Below, piece after piece: positions 1 through 8,756 of a stretch of 58,059 bases of DNA. A program made the position numbers and the translations under genes. The stretch comes from a virus. Taxonomy: Duplodnaviria > Caudoviricetes. The notes beneath the pieces are model-generated. The model made no database searches. It was not told the DNA's origin and saw nothing but the letters and a program-made list of their open reading frames with translations. Where the stretch lies: positions 1 through 58,059 of IMG/VR virus record IMGVR_UViG_3300033076_000920; one strand, given 5' to 3'. Positions within the stretch are counted from its first letter, which is position 1. The number at the start of each line of letters is the position of its first letter.

Positions 1-270
1 TCGCACCTCTACGCCGTTCGTGCGTCCACTCATGCTCGCATGGTAGGCCCGCACGTTCGGGTCAGGCTTGCGCTGCAGGGCGCAGCCCTCGGGGCACTCA
101 GCCGCGAGGGCGTTGGGGCAAGTCTTAGCCACCACGTCCACGCACGCCGCCTCGTATACGCACGACAGCCGACGCGGGTCTCGCACCGCTAGCTCGGCGG
201 CGCTGTACATCGGCAGCATGGGCGAGCGCGCATCGGTCTCGACGACCTTCGGCCCGTTCGCCCTGCTCTC
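1..270. repeat. Terminal direct repeat, copy 1 (matches 57790-58059)
   Basis: Manual alignment: first 77 nt identical, 14 mismatches in 270 nt, no indels. Confidence 0.95.
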
Positions 271-300
271 GTGCGTTACGTGGCGGTTGCGACGTTTCAT
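1..300 (-). CDS. 5' part of a Cys-rich hypothetical protein spanning the circular junction (about 123 aa, stop at 57718)
   Basis: ATG at 300 overlaps the stop of 297-845; in frame with ORF 57718..58008; RRLSCVYEAACV...ECPEGC motif. Confidence 0.7.
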   Translation of the reverse strand, partial: MKRRNRHVTHESRANGPKVVETDARSPMLPMYSAAELAVRDPRRLSCVYEAACVDVVAKTCPNALAAECPEGCALQRKPDPNVRAYHASMSGRTNGVEVR

Positions 301-845
301 GCCGCGATCACGATGTACTTGGCGCCGCGCTTGACGCCCTCGAGCTTGAGCTTGCCACCCTCGACGAGGTCGCCGAGAGCTCGCGTGGCATGCGGCGGCG
401 GACATGCGAAGAGGTCGATCACCTTGCTGCGCGTGAACGTGATGGCGAGCTGGCCATCTCGCACTGCCTCCATGATGCGTCGCCCAAGCACGTCGGTAAT
501 CTTGCCTCCGCTTGCCTTGGGTGCGCGTGGAGCAGCGATGATGCGCGTTCGCTCTGGCTCGATAACGCCATCGCCCTCCGGTTCCACTACGTCGTCGCCC
601 TCGGGCTCGAACACCGGATCCGGCGCGTGAGAGCGCGTGAGCTGCGGCAACGACTCGTCGATGCTGCGCACTGTGGCGCGCAACACGGACACAATCTCCT
701 CAAGCTTGGCGCATCGCTCGTGGAGCGTCGCGAGCTCGCGGTCGTGCGCGTCGACGCGATCGCGCTGCAGAATGATCGTGTCCTCGCACTTGGTCAGCGC
801 GCGGTCGAGTTCGTCGATAGTGATGGTGGGTTCGTTCGTGCTCAT
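297..845 (-). CDS. Coiled-coil protein with probable C-terminal winged-helix domain
   Basis: Start MSTNEP at 845 overlaps the RuvC-like stop; heptad-rich N-terminus; C-terminal RALGDLVEGGKL..G.KRGAKY is wHTH-like. Confidence 0.6.
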   Translation of the reverse strand: MSTNEPTITIDELDRALTKCEDTIILQRDRVDAHDRELATLHERCAKLEEIVSVLRATVRSIDESLPQLTRSHAPDPVFEPEGDDVVEPEGDGVIEPERTRIIAAPRAPKASGGKITDVLGRRIMEAVRDGQLAITFTRSKVIDLFACPPPHATRALGDLVEGGKLKLEGVKRGAKYIVIAA

Positions 846-1405
846 GTGATGTTGGTCCCTTTGCTGAGCCGCCTCATGTAGAAAACCGCAGCGATGGCAG
901 CGTCTCGCGTGTGGTTGTTGTCTGCGCCCCTCGGCATGGTGATGCCCATGCGATGCAGCGAAAGTTTGACCTGTGCATCGTTGGCCGTTGGAGAACCGCA
1001 AAACATGCGACGCACCTGCGCGGCTGTGACGATGGCATCATCCTCTAGCTCGAAGTGCTTGGCCAACACCATGCCTACCACGCTCGCCTCGGTAAGTGCA
1101 CGCGTCAGCGCGCTCGACGACGTTTTGCCTGGGTATGTTCCCTTCGGCACCTCGACCACGGCGCCCATCTGACGGATGTTCTGCCAGATGTCGCGATCGT
1201 CGTAGATCGGCCTCGTGACTGCGTCACACCAGCTGACCGACCACGGGTTGCGCACCTCGACAGCCTGCGCATGCCTGCACGAGAGCCGACCCGAGGCGTC
1301 ACGATGCACCACGGCGAGACCGAGGTGTTTGCCAGCGTCAATACCTAGCACAAGCATCTCGACGCTCTTTTTGCGAGGTTTTAGGATCATCGGTGTTATG
1401 AACAT
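842..1405 (-). CDS. RuvC-like Holliday junction resolvase
   Basis: VLGIDAG, VVEVP and HTRDAAIAA RNase H-fold catalytic motifs; start taken at MFITP (1405). Confidence 0.8.
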   Translation of the reverse strand: MFITPMILKPRKKSVEMLVLGIDAGKHLGLAVVHRDASGRLSCRHAQAVEVRNPWSVSWCDAVTRPIYDDRDIWQNIRQMGAVVEVPKGTYPGKTSSSALTRALTEASVVGMVLAKHFELEDDAIVTAAQVRRMFCGSPTANDAQVKLSLHRMGITMPRGADNNHTRDAAIAAVFYMRRLSKGTNIT

Positions 1406-1998
1406 CTCGCGGCCTTCTTTGCTTCGATCAGTGCACGGTGCTTCTCGCGTCTGATGCGATCGGCTTCGCGCTTTTGCTCTCGCGTGCGATGGTCTTTGTA
1501 CGGTGCCTTGACGACTACCTCCTCGTCTGCATCGCCGATCATGTTGATCGCGCTCGACAGCAGCGACTGGGCATGGAGCACGCGAGCATGCGGCGGCACT
1601 TGCTCGAAGTACTCGCACTGCTCTGGGCATTCGCACCACATGGCATCAGGCATCACAGCCGCGACATCGCATACGCACTGGGTCTCATGGCGGCAGTCGT
1701 GGCGGCGGATCTCATCGCCACGCAGGTTCCACCCGACGAGCATCTTTAGCGCCACCTTGGCTCGCCTGTGCTCCTCGAGCACCCTGCGCCGGTACTCGGT
1801 GGCACCATCTTGTGGGATGCGCCGATGCAAGACCTCGAGCCGCACGAGCTTGATCAAGATGCGCGACAGCTCGCGAGGCGAGACGTGCGGCATCTTTGCG
1901 TGCAGCGAAACGGCGTTGTACCAGGCGCCATTTGCCATGGCGTCTAGCACCTCCGACCGCAACACGAGGTCGGCGATCGACGGCGGCGCGCGCTTCAT
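1396..1998 (-). CDS. Winged-helix protein with C-terminal Cys-rich domain
   Basis: N-terminal wHTH-like segment (ELSRILIKLVRLEVL..R...G.TEYR); C-terminal RRHDCRHETQCV...CECPEQC. Confidence 0.6.
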   Translation of the reverse strand: MKRAPPSIADLVLRSEVLDAMANGAWYNAVSLHAKMPHVSPRELSRILIKLVRLEVLHRRIPQDGATEYRRRVLEEHRRAKVALKMLVGWNLRGDEIRRHDCRHETQCVCDVAAVMPDAMWCECPEQCEYFEQVPPHARVLHAQSLLSSAINMIGDADEEVVVKAPYKDHRTREQKREADRIRREKHRALIEAKKAARCS

Positions 1999-2234
1999 GT
2001 CGTGGTGATATCGACCGGTGGCGCAGGTCCGTCGAGCAGACGCGCGAGCTCGACGAGCGGCAGATCGAACGCCTTGCTCAGCGCCGCTCGCGTCGCGTAC
2101 GACGTGAGCTGGTTTCTTCCGCTTTCGATGCTGCGAATCAGTGAGAACTTGAGCCCAGCGCGTGCGGCCAAGTCCTCCTGCGTCATGCTGCGATCTTGCC
2201 GCAGTTGCCTGATGATGTCGCCTACTTCGGCCAT
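1995..2234 (-). CDS. XRE-family HTH transcriptional regulator
   Basis: IRQLRQDRSMTQEDLAARAGL...IRSIESG is a typical HTH_3 pattern; start MAEVG at 2234. Confidence 0.88.
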   Translation of the reverse strand: MAEVGDIIRQLRQDRSMTQEDLAARAGLKFSLIRSIESGRNQLTSYATRAALSKAFDLPLVELARLLDGPAPPVDITTT

Positions 2235-2241
2235 GAGATAG

Positions 2242-2313
2242 CCCCTAGCGCGGCGACTGTGACGTGTCAAGCGTGACGAGAGACTTGACACGCTAGAGGC
2301 CATGCGCTAGAGG
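2242..2313. promoter_or_regulatory. Back-to-back divergent sigma70-like promoters, both probably leaderless
   Basis: + strand TTGACA 2285-2290, 17 nt, TAGAGG 2308-2313, ATG 7 nt later; - strand TTGACA 2270-2265, 17 nt, TAGGGG 2247-2242, ATG 7 nt later. Confidence 0.65.
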
Positions 2314-2320
2314 TTCGCGT

Positions 2321-3187
2321 ATGTCCAACCTCGTCACAACCAACAGCCGTTTCGACACCGCACAAATCGACCTGATCAAGCGCACCATCGCGAAGGGCAG
2401 CACCGACGACGAGCTGACCCTGTTCGTCGAGCAGTGCAAGCGCACGGGGCTAGACCCCTTCGCGCGCCAAATCTACGCCGTCAAGCGCTGGGACTCGCGC
2501 GAACGACGCGAGGTCATGTCGATCCAGGTGGGAATCGACGGGTTCCGACTCGTGGCCGACCGCACGGGCAAGTACCAGGGGCAGCTCGGGCCGTTCTGGT
2601 GCGGCAAGGATGGCCAGTGGCGCGACGTGTGGCTCAGCGACGAGCCACCCTGCGCGGCCAAGGTCGGCGTGCTGCGCTCGGACTTCCGCGAGCCGCTGTG
2701 GGCCGTGGCTCGGTTCTCGAGCTACGTGCAGACGAGCAAAGAGGGAGCGCCCACTCGCTTCTGGGCGCAGATGCCCGACCTCATGATCGCCAAGGTCGCA
2801 GAGGCCCTGGCCTTGCGCAAGGCGTTCCCGCACGAGCTCTCGGGCTTGTACACCGCCGAGGAGATGGCGCAGGCAGACAATGCCCGCCCCGCGCCCCAGG
2901 CCGCACCACAGGCCCCGCAGCAGCGCTCCGCGCCTCGCCCCGCGCCCCAGGCCGCACCACAGGCCCCGCAGCTCGTGGAGGCCGTGGAGGAGGCCGACGA
3001 CGCCGACACGTTCTCGCCGGTGCTCGGGCTGCTCCACGACCTTACGCTCGTGTCGAACGCCGAGGAGCTAGCGCTCGTGCGCGAGCAGCTGGTGGCGATC
3101 AAGCCGTCGTGCACTCGCGAGCAGATCGCGAGCCTCGGGCAGGCATACAAAAACGCAGAGAAGCGCATCGCCGAGGTCCAGGCATGA
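2321..3187 (+). CDS. bet: Phage recombination protein Bet/RecT family (single-strand annealing)
   Basis: [24 protein letters not shown] and [25 protein letters not shown] motifs. Confidence 0.92.
   Translation: MSNLVTTNSRFDTAQIDLIKRTIAKGSTDDELTLFVEQCKRTGLDPFARQIYAVKRWDSRERREVMSIQVGIDGFRLVADRTGKYQGQLGPFWCGKDGQWRDVWLSDEPPCAAKVGVLRSDFREPLWAVARFSSYVQTSKEGAPTRFWAQMPDLMIAKVAEALALRKAFPHELSGLYTAEEMAQADNARPAPQAAPQAPQQRSAPRPAPQAAPQAPQLVEAVEEADDADTFSPVLGLLHDLTLVSNAEELALVREQLVAIKPSCTREQIASLGQAYKNAEKRIAEVQA
2885..2972 (+). repeat. In-frame 37-nt direct repeat (2 copies, 51-nt period) in the Bet linker
   Basis: CGCCCCGCGCCCCAGGCCGCACCACAGGCCCCGCAGC at 2885 and 2936; encodes [12 protein letters not shown] twice. 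Confidence 0.85.
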
Positions 3188-4320
3188 AGCTCCCCACCGC
3201 CTCGAGCTTCGACCTCGCTGCACGCTGCGCTCACCCGTGGACGAGCGGCATTCCGTGGTCGCGCCCAGACGACCCAGCGGTGTTTGCCTTCGGCAACGCC
3301 GTGCACGAGGCCGCCGAGTTGGCTGTTGGCTGCGGCGAGGTCGACCTCGTCAAGCTCGCGAGCAAGTACGAGCTAGGCCGAGACGACGTGCGACGCCTGG
3401 GCGCTACGGCGCGCAGCGCGTTCGACCGCGTCAACGCATACGCCGCCGAGGGCTGGCTCATGTTTGCCGAGGTCGCGGTGGCGTACCACGTGACCAAGCG
3501 CACGGTCAGGCTCATCGATAAGTACACCCACCGGCAGGCCAACCAGGCCAAGCCGGGCGAGCTCATCGGCATCATCGACCTCGTGTGCGTGCGCCCTGGT
3601 GAGGTGCACGTCGCCGACTGGAAAACCGGCACGTGGCAGCGCGACGCTACGCCGGGGCTGCAGGTACAGTTCGCCGCGATGGCAGTGGCCAAGCTCGTGG
3701 GCGCCGATAGCGCCTCGGGCTCGCTGCTCTACGTGGACGAGCGCGGCGTGCGCGAGGTGTCTGCCTCGTGGGAGTGCTGGGACCTCGACAGCACCGCCGA
3801 CGTGCTGCGACGTATCCATGAGACCACCAGCGGCGCACCCACGCCGCCAGTCGCAGGAGAGTGGTGCAAGCGCTGCAACATCCTGGGCAAGTGCTCGGCT
3901 ACCGCCCTGGCCGTGCGCGACGTCGAGAGCGTGGCAACGAGCATCGCCACCGCAGAGGATGCCGCGCGCATTCACGAGATGATGCCCGCGCTTGAGAAGG
4001 CCCTCAAGCTCGCCCGCGAGCGCATCCGCGAGATGGCATCAAGAGCGCCGATCCCGCTCAGCAGCGGCAAGCGTCTCGTGGTGCAAGAGCGCACCCGCAC
4101 GACGGTATCGGACCTCACGCCAGAGGCCGTGGCCTACCTCAACGCTCAGCAGCTACAGGCCGCGCTCGAGTTCTCGACGAGCGCCGCCGCCATCAAGCGT
4201 GTAGGTGGCGCAAAGATGGAACGGCAGGTGATGGCGCACCTGCGCGAGATGGGATGCGTCAAGGAGAGCGTCTACACGACGCTGGCAGAGGTCGCAGATA
4301 AGGGAGCGACTGATGAGTAA
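3184..4320 (+). CDS. PD-(D/E)xK (RecB/Cas4-like) exonuclease, partner of Bet
   Basis: ATG 3184 overlaps the bet stop; N-terminal Cys, GNAVHE, EVAV, GIIDL, DWKTG, Q-x-x-F/Y and WCKRC..C cluster motif. Confidence 0.85.
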   Translation: MKLPTASSFDLAARCAHPWTSGIPWSRPDDPAVFAFGNAVHEAAELAVGCGEVDLVKLASKYELGRDDVRRLGATARSAFDRVNAYAAEGWLMFAEVAVAYHVTKRTVRLIDKYTHRQANQAKPGELIGIIDLVCVRPGEVHVADWKTGTWQRDATPGLQVQFAAMAVAKLVGADSASGSLLYVDERGVREVSASWECWDLDSTADVLRRIHETTSGAPTPPVAGEWCKRCNILGKCSATALAVRDVESVATSIATAEDAARIHEMMPALEKALKLARERIREMASRAPIPLSSGKRLVVQERTRTTVSDLTPEAVAYLNAQQLQAALEFSTSAAAIKRVGGAKMERQVMAHLREMGCVKESVYTTLAEVADKGATDE

Positions 4321-4744
4321 ACTAACCGAAACCGAGAGAGCATTATTCGTTCGCTGGATATGCACGTCTGGTGCATCCAAGGCAGCATCTGCCCTGAAAG
4401 AGGATGCTCACACAATGCTATCCGTTGCGGTCGGATGCGCTAAGAGTTCAACCGAGATTCGCATCGCAAAAGCATGGCGCTTGCGGGTTCAAGACTTGGT
4501 TCTTGCCTCAGATAAGTTGACTTCTCGCACTCATCAACGATCGCAGTCTTTGACTGAAAAGGTCGATCGCGTTGTGAATGCTCTACAAACGCAGTCGGCA
4601 ACAAGTATCGACGAAATTGCAAAGCGCGCTGGCATGAAGCTCGTGCACGGTAGAAAAGCTGTTCACCATGCGATTTGGGAAGGGCGCATCATCAATGCAG
4701 GAACTGCGCGAAATCCTCGCTATGTAGTTGGAGAAAAACAATGA
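4313..4744 (+). CDS. Hypothetical protein with C-terminal HTH/wHTH-like segment, AT-richer than its neighbours
   Basis: SIDEIAKRAGM...GRIINAGT.RNPRY; overlaps both neighbours. Confidence 0.6.
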   Translation: MSKLTETERALFVRWICTSGASKAASALKEDAHTMLSVAVGCAKSSTEIRIAKAWRLRVQDLVLASDKLTSRTHQRSQSLTEKVDRVVNALQTQSATSIDEIAKRAGMKLVHGRKAVHHAIWEGRIINAGTARNPRYVVGEKQ

Positions 4745-4929
4745 TGACACCGCGTGACTTCTATGTGCTCGCCCGCGACGGCGAACGCTCCGAGCTGCTA
4801 GACCTGTTTGACGCGCTGGCCGAGAGCCGCAAGGTGCGCGGCGCTTGCGTCGTGCGTGCGAGCGACGGTAAGCGAATGAGCGAGACCGTGCGGGGCCACG
4901 TCATGCCACAGCGCCCCGAGGAGAGGTGA
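4741..4929 (+). CDS. Small hypothetical protein
   Basis: ATG overlaps the upstream stop; GGAG upstream. Confidence 0.55.
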   Translation: MMTPRDFYVLARDGERSELLDLFDALAESRKVRGACVVRASDGKRMSETVRGHVMPQRPEER

Positions 4930-4932
4930 CCC

Positions 4933-5412
4933 GTGCCCTACTTGTCCGATCTCGACGTGTGCGTGCAGCTGCTTCGCCCTACGGGCACGCTGCCAGAGCG
5001 AGCCACCGATGGCGCCAGCGGCTACGACCTGCGCATGGCCGGATGGCGCTGGCCATGGTCGCAGGAGGTGCAGCACGGGCACCTAATCCTGGACGCAGGC
5101 GAGCGAGCGCTAGTGCTCACCGGCCTCGCCATGTCGCTCTCCGAGGGCTGGGAGGCGCAGATCCGTGGGCGCTCTGGCCTCGCACTAAAACACGGGCTAC
5201 AGGTCGCCTTCGGCACGATCGACAGCGACTATCGAGGCGAGGTGGGCGTGATCGTCTACAACGTCGGCGACCGCATCACGCTTCGGCCTGGCGATCGCAT
5301 CGCGCAGATGGTGTTCGCTCGCGTGCCTCGTGTGCGACTGCTCGAGGTGCCCGAGCTCACTGGCACCACCAATCGCGGCGCTGGCGGCTTCGGCTCGACG
5401 GGGCAGTCATGA
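4933..5412 (+). CDS. dut: Trimeric dUTPase
   Basis: All five motifs: ASGYDL, GRSGLA, GTIDSDYRGE, RIAQMV, RGAGGFGSTG. Confidence 0.97.
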   Translation: MPYLSDLDVCVQLLRPTGTLPERATDGASGYDLRMAGWRWPWSQEVQHGHLILDAGERALVLTGLAMSLSEGWEAQIRGRSGLALKHGLQVAFGTIDSDYRGEVGVIVYNVGDRITLRPGDRIAQMVFARVPRVRLLEVPELTGTTNRGAGGFGSTGQS

Positions 5413-5624
5413 CGCACAGCACATGTCGTTGCCACGCGTGCGAATACCACGCTCGCAAGTCGCACGACGATGAGATGGCCCGCGAGCGGCAGTGCTGGCA
5501 CGAGCGCATCGTCGAGGCCCTTCAGCGCGTGCGTCAGCTCGACGCCGACCTGACAGCCGCGCGCGACGACAACAAGCGGCTCGTGGCCGAGCTGCGCGAA
5601 CTGCGCGAAAGGCTGCCCAGATGA
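5409..5624 (+). CDS. Small Cys/His plus coiled-coil hypothetical protein
   Basis: ATG 5409 overlaps the dut stop; CRCHAC followed by heptads. Confidence 0.55.
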   Translation: MTHSTCRCHACEYHARKSHDDEMARERQCWHERIVEALQRVRQLDADLTAARDDNKRLVAELRELRERLPR

Positions 5625-6973
5625 TCCAGCTGCATCACGGCGACTGTCTAGACGTGCTCCGCACCATGCCAGACGCCAGCGTCGACGCCATCGTGACCGA
5701 CCCTCCGTACGGCCTGCGCTTCATGGGGAAGAAGTGGGATTACGACGTGCCCACCGTCGAGGTGTGGGCCGAGTGCCTGCGGGTGCTCAAGCCTGGCGGT
5801 CACTTGCTTGCGTTCGCTGGCACCAGGACGCAGCACCGGATGGCGGTGCGGATTGAGGATGCAGGCTTTGAGATCCGCGACATGATCGCCTGGGTCTACG
5901 GGTCGGGGTTCCCGAAGTCGATGGATGTCTCGAAGGCGATCGACAAGATGGACGCTGTTGAAGAGCAACGGGCGCGTCGGTTCAGGTTCACCGCATGGGT
6001 GCGCAGCACTGGCGTTACCTCGCGGCAGATCGACGAGGCCACGGGCACCAACATGGGCGGCCACTACACGACGGCAGCAAGCCAGCCGGCGATTATGACG
6101 CGCGAGCACTTGGAAGCGTGTCGGATGTTCCTTGGAGACATCCCCGAATGGGTCGAGCGCGAGTGCGACATCCGCAGCGTGGAAAGCCGGAACATGGCCG
6201 AGCGCGATGTACTCGCAAAAAAAACGAAACGACTAACTGAGCGAAGCACATGGGCAACGCATGTTGACGGCGGGATGTTTCGCGTCGGAGAAAAAACATG
6301 GAACATCACCGCCCCTGCCACCTCCGAGGCCAAGCAATGGCAAGGCTGGGGCACCGCGCTGAAGCCCGCCCTGGAGCCGATCACCATGGCCCGCAAGCCG
6401 CTGGATGGCGCCGTGGCCGCGAACGTGCTGCAGTGGGGGACTGGGGGGATCAATGTGGACGGGTGCAGAGTGGAAATGGGGAGCGAATACGACCCGAAGA
6501 AAATGCAGCGCCAGAAAAAAAGCGAAGGATCGATTGTAGGCGCTTTCGGCGCGGCCTCGTTGATAGGGAAAGAGATCCCTAAGTACAAACCGGGCGGTCG
6601 CTGGCCCTCCAATTTGCTGCACGACGGCAGCGAGGAGGTGGTGAGGTTGTTTCCGGGTGCTGGAAAAGAAAGCGCCGCCCGCTTCTTCTACACCGCCAAG
6701 GCCGATGCGACAGACCGAAACGATGGGCTCTCACCAGGCGAACGTAACGCACACCCAACGGTCAAGCCGGTTGACCTGATGTGCTACTTGTGCCGACTCG
6801 TAACGCCGCCAGGTGGCATCGTGCTCGACCCATTCATGGGCAGTGGCAGCACCGGCAAGGCATGCGTGACTGAGGGGTTCAGCTTCATCGGAATCGAGCG
6901 AGACGCCGACAGTTTCGCGACCGCGCAAGCGCGCGTGGTATCGCCGATGCCACTGTTCAAGGATGTGCTGTGA
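5621..6973 (+). CDS. N4-C/N6-A DNA methyltransferase (beta class) with a long internal insertion
   Basis: HGDCL, TDPPY catalytic motif, HPTVKP, VLDPFMGSGSTG SAM motif; start MIQLH at 5621. Confidence 0.93.
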   Translation: MIQLHHGDCLDVLRTMPDASVDAIVTDPPYGLRFMGKKWDYDVPTVEVWAECLRVLKPGGHLLAFAGTRTQHRMAVRIEDAGFEIRDMIAWVYGSGFPKSMDVSKAIDKMDAVEEQRARRFRFTAWVRSTGVTSRQIDEATGTNMGGHYTTAASQPAIMTREHLEACRMFLGDIPEWVERECDIRSVESRNMAERDVLAKKTKRLTERSTWATHVDGGMFRVGEKTWNITAPATSEAKQWQGWGTALKPALEPITMARKPLDGAVAANVLQWGTGGINVDGCRVEMGSEYDPKKMQRQKKSEGSIVGAFGAASLIGKEIPKYKPGGRWPSNLLHDGSEEVVRLFPGAGKESAARFFYTAKADATDRNDGLSPGERNAHPTVKPVDLMCYLCRLVTPPGGIVLDPFMGSGSTGKACVTEGFSFIGIERDADSFATAQARVVSPMPLFKDVL

Positions 6974-7788
6974 TGACCTACGCCGCACGCATTCTCGCCG
7001 ACAGTCTCGCGCCGAGTGGCGTGCGGCTCACGACGTTCGAGGTGTGCTTCCCGCGCTTTATCCTGGCCGAGTGGAACACCCACCGCATGCTCTCGCGCAA
7101 CGCTGCGAGTTCGCGCGCGATCCCCGTGCGCAAGCTGCTTGAGCAGGTCGAGACCGAGCCCTTCATCCCCGAGTACTGGGGAGCCAACAGGCCAGGCATG
7201 CAGGCCACCGAGGAGCTCCCCGAGCGCGACGCAGCAGACGCCCGCGCGACGTGGCTGCAGGCCCGCGACGCAGCGTGTGACCACGCGCGCGTGCTCATGA
7301 GCCTCGGCGCGCACAAGCAGCTCGCCAACAGGCTGCTCGAGCCGTTCACGTGGTGCACCGTCATCGTGTCGTCGACCACGTGGGACAACCTGTTCGCGCT
7401 GCGATGCCACGCCGACGCACAGCCAGAGTTCCGCAAAATCGCCTGCATGATGCGCGACGAGCTAGGCATCTCGACGCCACGAGCGCTCGCCATCGGCGAC
7501 TGGCACTTGCCGCTCGCGCCAGACGTCGACGAGCTGCAGGCCGAGGGCTACACCATCGACGAGCGCGCGCGCATCTCTGCCGCCAGGTGCGCTCGCGTCT
7601 CGTACCTTACCCACGACGGCAAGCGCGTGCCTGCCACCGACCTAGAGCTCGCGCGTAGGCTGCTCGAGGCTGGCCACATGAGCCCGTTCGAGCACGTCGC
7701 TCAGCCCAGCAGCCAAGAGCACACGCGCAGCGGTAACTTTCACGGCTGGTATCAGTACAGAAAGCGCCTGGAAAACCGCGCTCTGTAA
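6970..7788 (+). CDS. thyX: Flavin-dependent thymidylate synthase
   Basis: EWNTHRMLSRNAASSRA ThyX signature, HKQLANRLLEPF, CARVSY, HMSPFEH. Confidence 0.92.
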   Translation: MMTYAARILADSLAPSGVRLTTFEVCFPRFILAEWNTHRMLSRNAASSRAIPVRKLLEQVETEPFIPEYWGANRPGMQATEELPERDAADARATWLQARDAACDHARVLMSLGAHKQLANRLLEPFTWCTVIVSSTTWDNLFALRCHADAQPEFRKIACMMRDELGISTPRALAIGDWHLPLAPDVDELQAEGYTIDERARISAARCARVSYLTHDGKRVPATDLELARRLLEAGHMSPFEHVAQPSSQEHTRSGNFHGWYQYRKRLENRAL

Positions 7789-7816
7789 CAATCGACATCG
7801 GGCGTGTAAAAAAGAC

Positions 7817-7892
7817 TTGCGCGCTGCGCTGGCTGCGCTATTGTCTCTCTTGTCGACACCCCGAGCGGGACGACACAACAAGGAGAGACATC
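7817..7892 (+). promoter_or_regulatory. Promoter plus conserved hairpin leader, copy 1
   Basis: TTGCGC-16-TATTGT, then GACACCCCGAGCGGGACGACACAACAAGGAG before ATG 7893. Confidence 0.7.
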
Positions 7893-8024
7893 ATGAAGCG
7901 CGGCGATAAGATTGTGGTTTGCGGCGTCAACGGTCGATATGTGGGCACCAGGGCCGGAGTGCAGTGGATCTGCTACGATGGCCAAGACTACGAGGCAATG
8001 TGCGCTGCGTTTGACGCGCGCTAG
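7893..8024 (+). CDS. 43-aa small protein absent from the ORF track (MKRGDKIVVCG...AFDAR)
   Basis: AAGGAG RBS, follows leader copy 1, open from ATG 7893 to TAG 8024. Confidence 0.7.
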   Translation: MKRGDKIVVCGVNGRYVGTRAGVQWICYDGQDYEAMCAAFDAR

Positions 8025-8073
8025 GCCGAAACCCCGCAAGGGGTCGCACCGTCAAGCGGTGCATGACGAGGCC
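8024..8073 (+). ncRNA. Type II hammerhead-ribozyme-like RNA with A at core position 3
   Basis: GGCC-GAAA-CCCC(GCAA)GGGG-UC-GCACCG(UCAAG)CGGUGC-AUGACGA-GGCC: three perfect stems, GAAAC and GUC core; CUGANGA reads AUGACGA. Confidence 0.72.
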
Positions 8074-8083
8074 AGCGACCACG

Positions 8084-8119
8084 GACACCCCACAGAGGGA
8101 CCGCGACAACCAGGAGACA
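8084..8119 (+). repeat. Conserved hairpin leader, copy 2 (no adjacent promoter; follows the hammerhead)
   Basis: GACACCCCACAGAGGGACCGCGACAACCAGGAG. Confidence 0.75.
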
Positions 8120-8125
8120 ATGACC

Positions 8126-8308
8126 ATGATCATCAGCGTTCGAGCAAATCAACTGCGAGTCGGCGACAAGCTCGTCGCCATCGAGTACGTGTATAACGAG
8201 AAGATCACCAAGCTCACCACGCTGCCCAACGGCAGCGTCGAGATCACCATGGGCCGCGGGCGCGTGCGCACCGTCGCCTCCAGCACCGAGTGCGAGGTGT
8301 CGCGATGA
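8126..8308 (+). CDS. Small beta-rich (SH3/KOW-like) hypothetical protein
   Basis: GGAG 9 nt upstream of ATG 8126; ANQLRVGDKL motif. Confidence 0.65.
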   Translation: MIISVRANQLRVGDKLVAIEYVYNEKITKLTTLPNGSVEITMGRGRVRTVASSTECEVSR

Positions 8309-8685
8309 GCGCCGCCGCCCTGCAACCCAGCGACCAGCTGTGGGCCGAGATGCGCCGCGCCGGTCAGCTGTTCTTCAGCGTCGGCTACCCCTATCACAGC
8401 ACCTACCTCGCGCAGCCCGAGCGCGCTGGATTCGTTCTCTACCGAAACGAGTGGGGACAGGTGCTCATGAGCATCGTGGGCCCCTCGAGGGGCAAGCGGC
8501 AGTGGCAAAAGACGGTGGTCGAGGGCTGGCGCCAGGCCCTTGAGACCATCCCAGCCGACCTGTTCGCGTGGGGCCCGCTCTTGCGCGACTTCGGCGACTA
8601 CGGCACCACCATGGCCTTGCACAAGCTCGGGCGCATCAGCGCGTGCGATACGCGCGTGGCCATCGCGGAGATGACGCGGGCTTGA
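8305..8685 (+). CDS. Hypothetical protein
   Basis: ATGA overlap with the upstream gene; phage-like codon usage. Confidence 0.65.
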   Translation: MSAAALQPSDQLWAEMRRAGQLFFSVGYPYHSTYLAQPERAGFVLYRNEWGQVLMSIVGPSRGKRQWQKTVVEGWRQALETIPADLFAWGPLLRDFGDYGTTMALHKLGRISACDTRVAIAEMTRA

Positions 8686-8756
8686 CAACACCTCTCACGC
8701 GAGATACATCACGACCACGCCGACACCCCACGAGGGACGGCCACAACGGAGACACC
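8682..8756 (+). promoter_or_regulatory. Promoter plus conserved hairpin leader, copy 3
   Basis: TTGACA-17-TACATC, then GACACCCCACGAGGGACGGCCACAACGGAG before ATG 8757. Confidence 0.7.

Noticed and set aside
2885-2972. 37-nt direct repeat pair as a mini CRISPR array
   Set aside because: Only 14 nt between copies, in-frame 51-nt period, and it encodes a duplicated Pro/Ala/Gln linker in bet
3184-4320. Cas4-like nuclease as part of the CRISPR locus
   Set aside because: Coupled to bet as a standard exonuclease/annealase pair, far from the csf genes, and no cas1/cas2 is present
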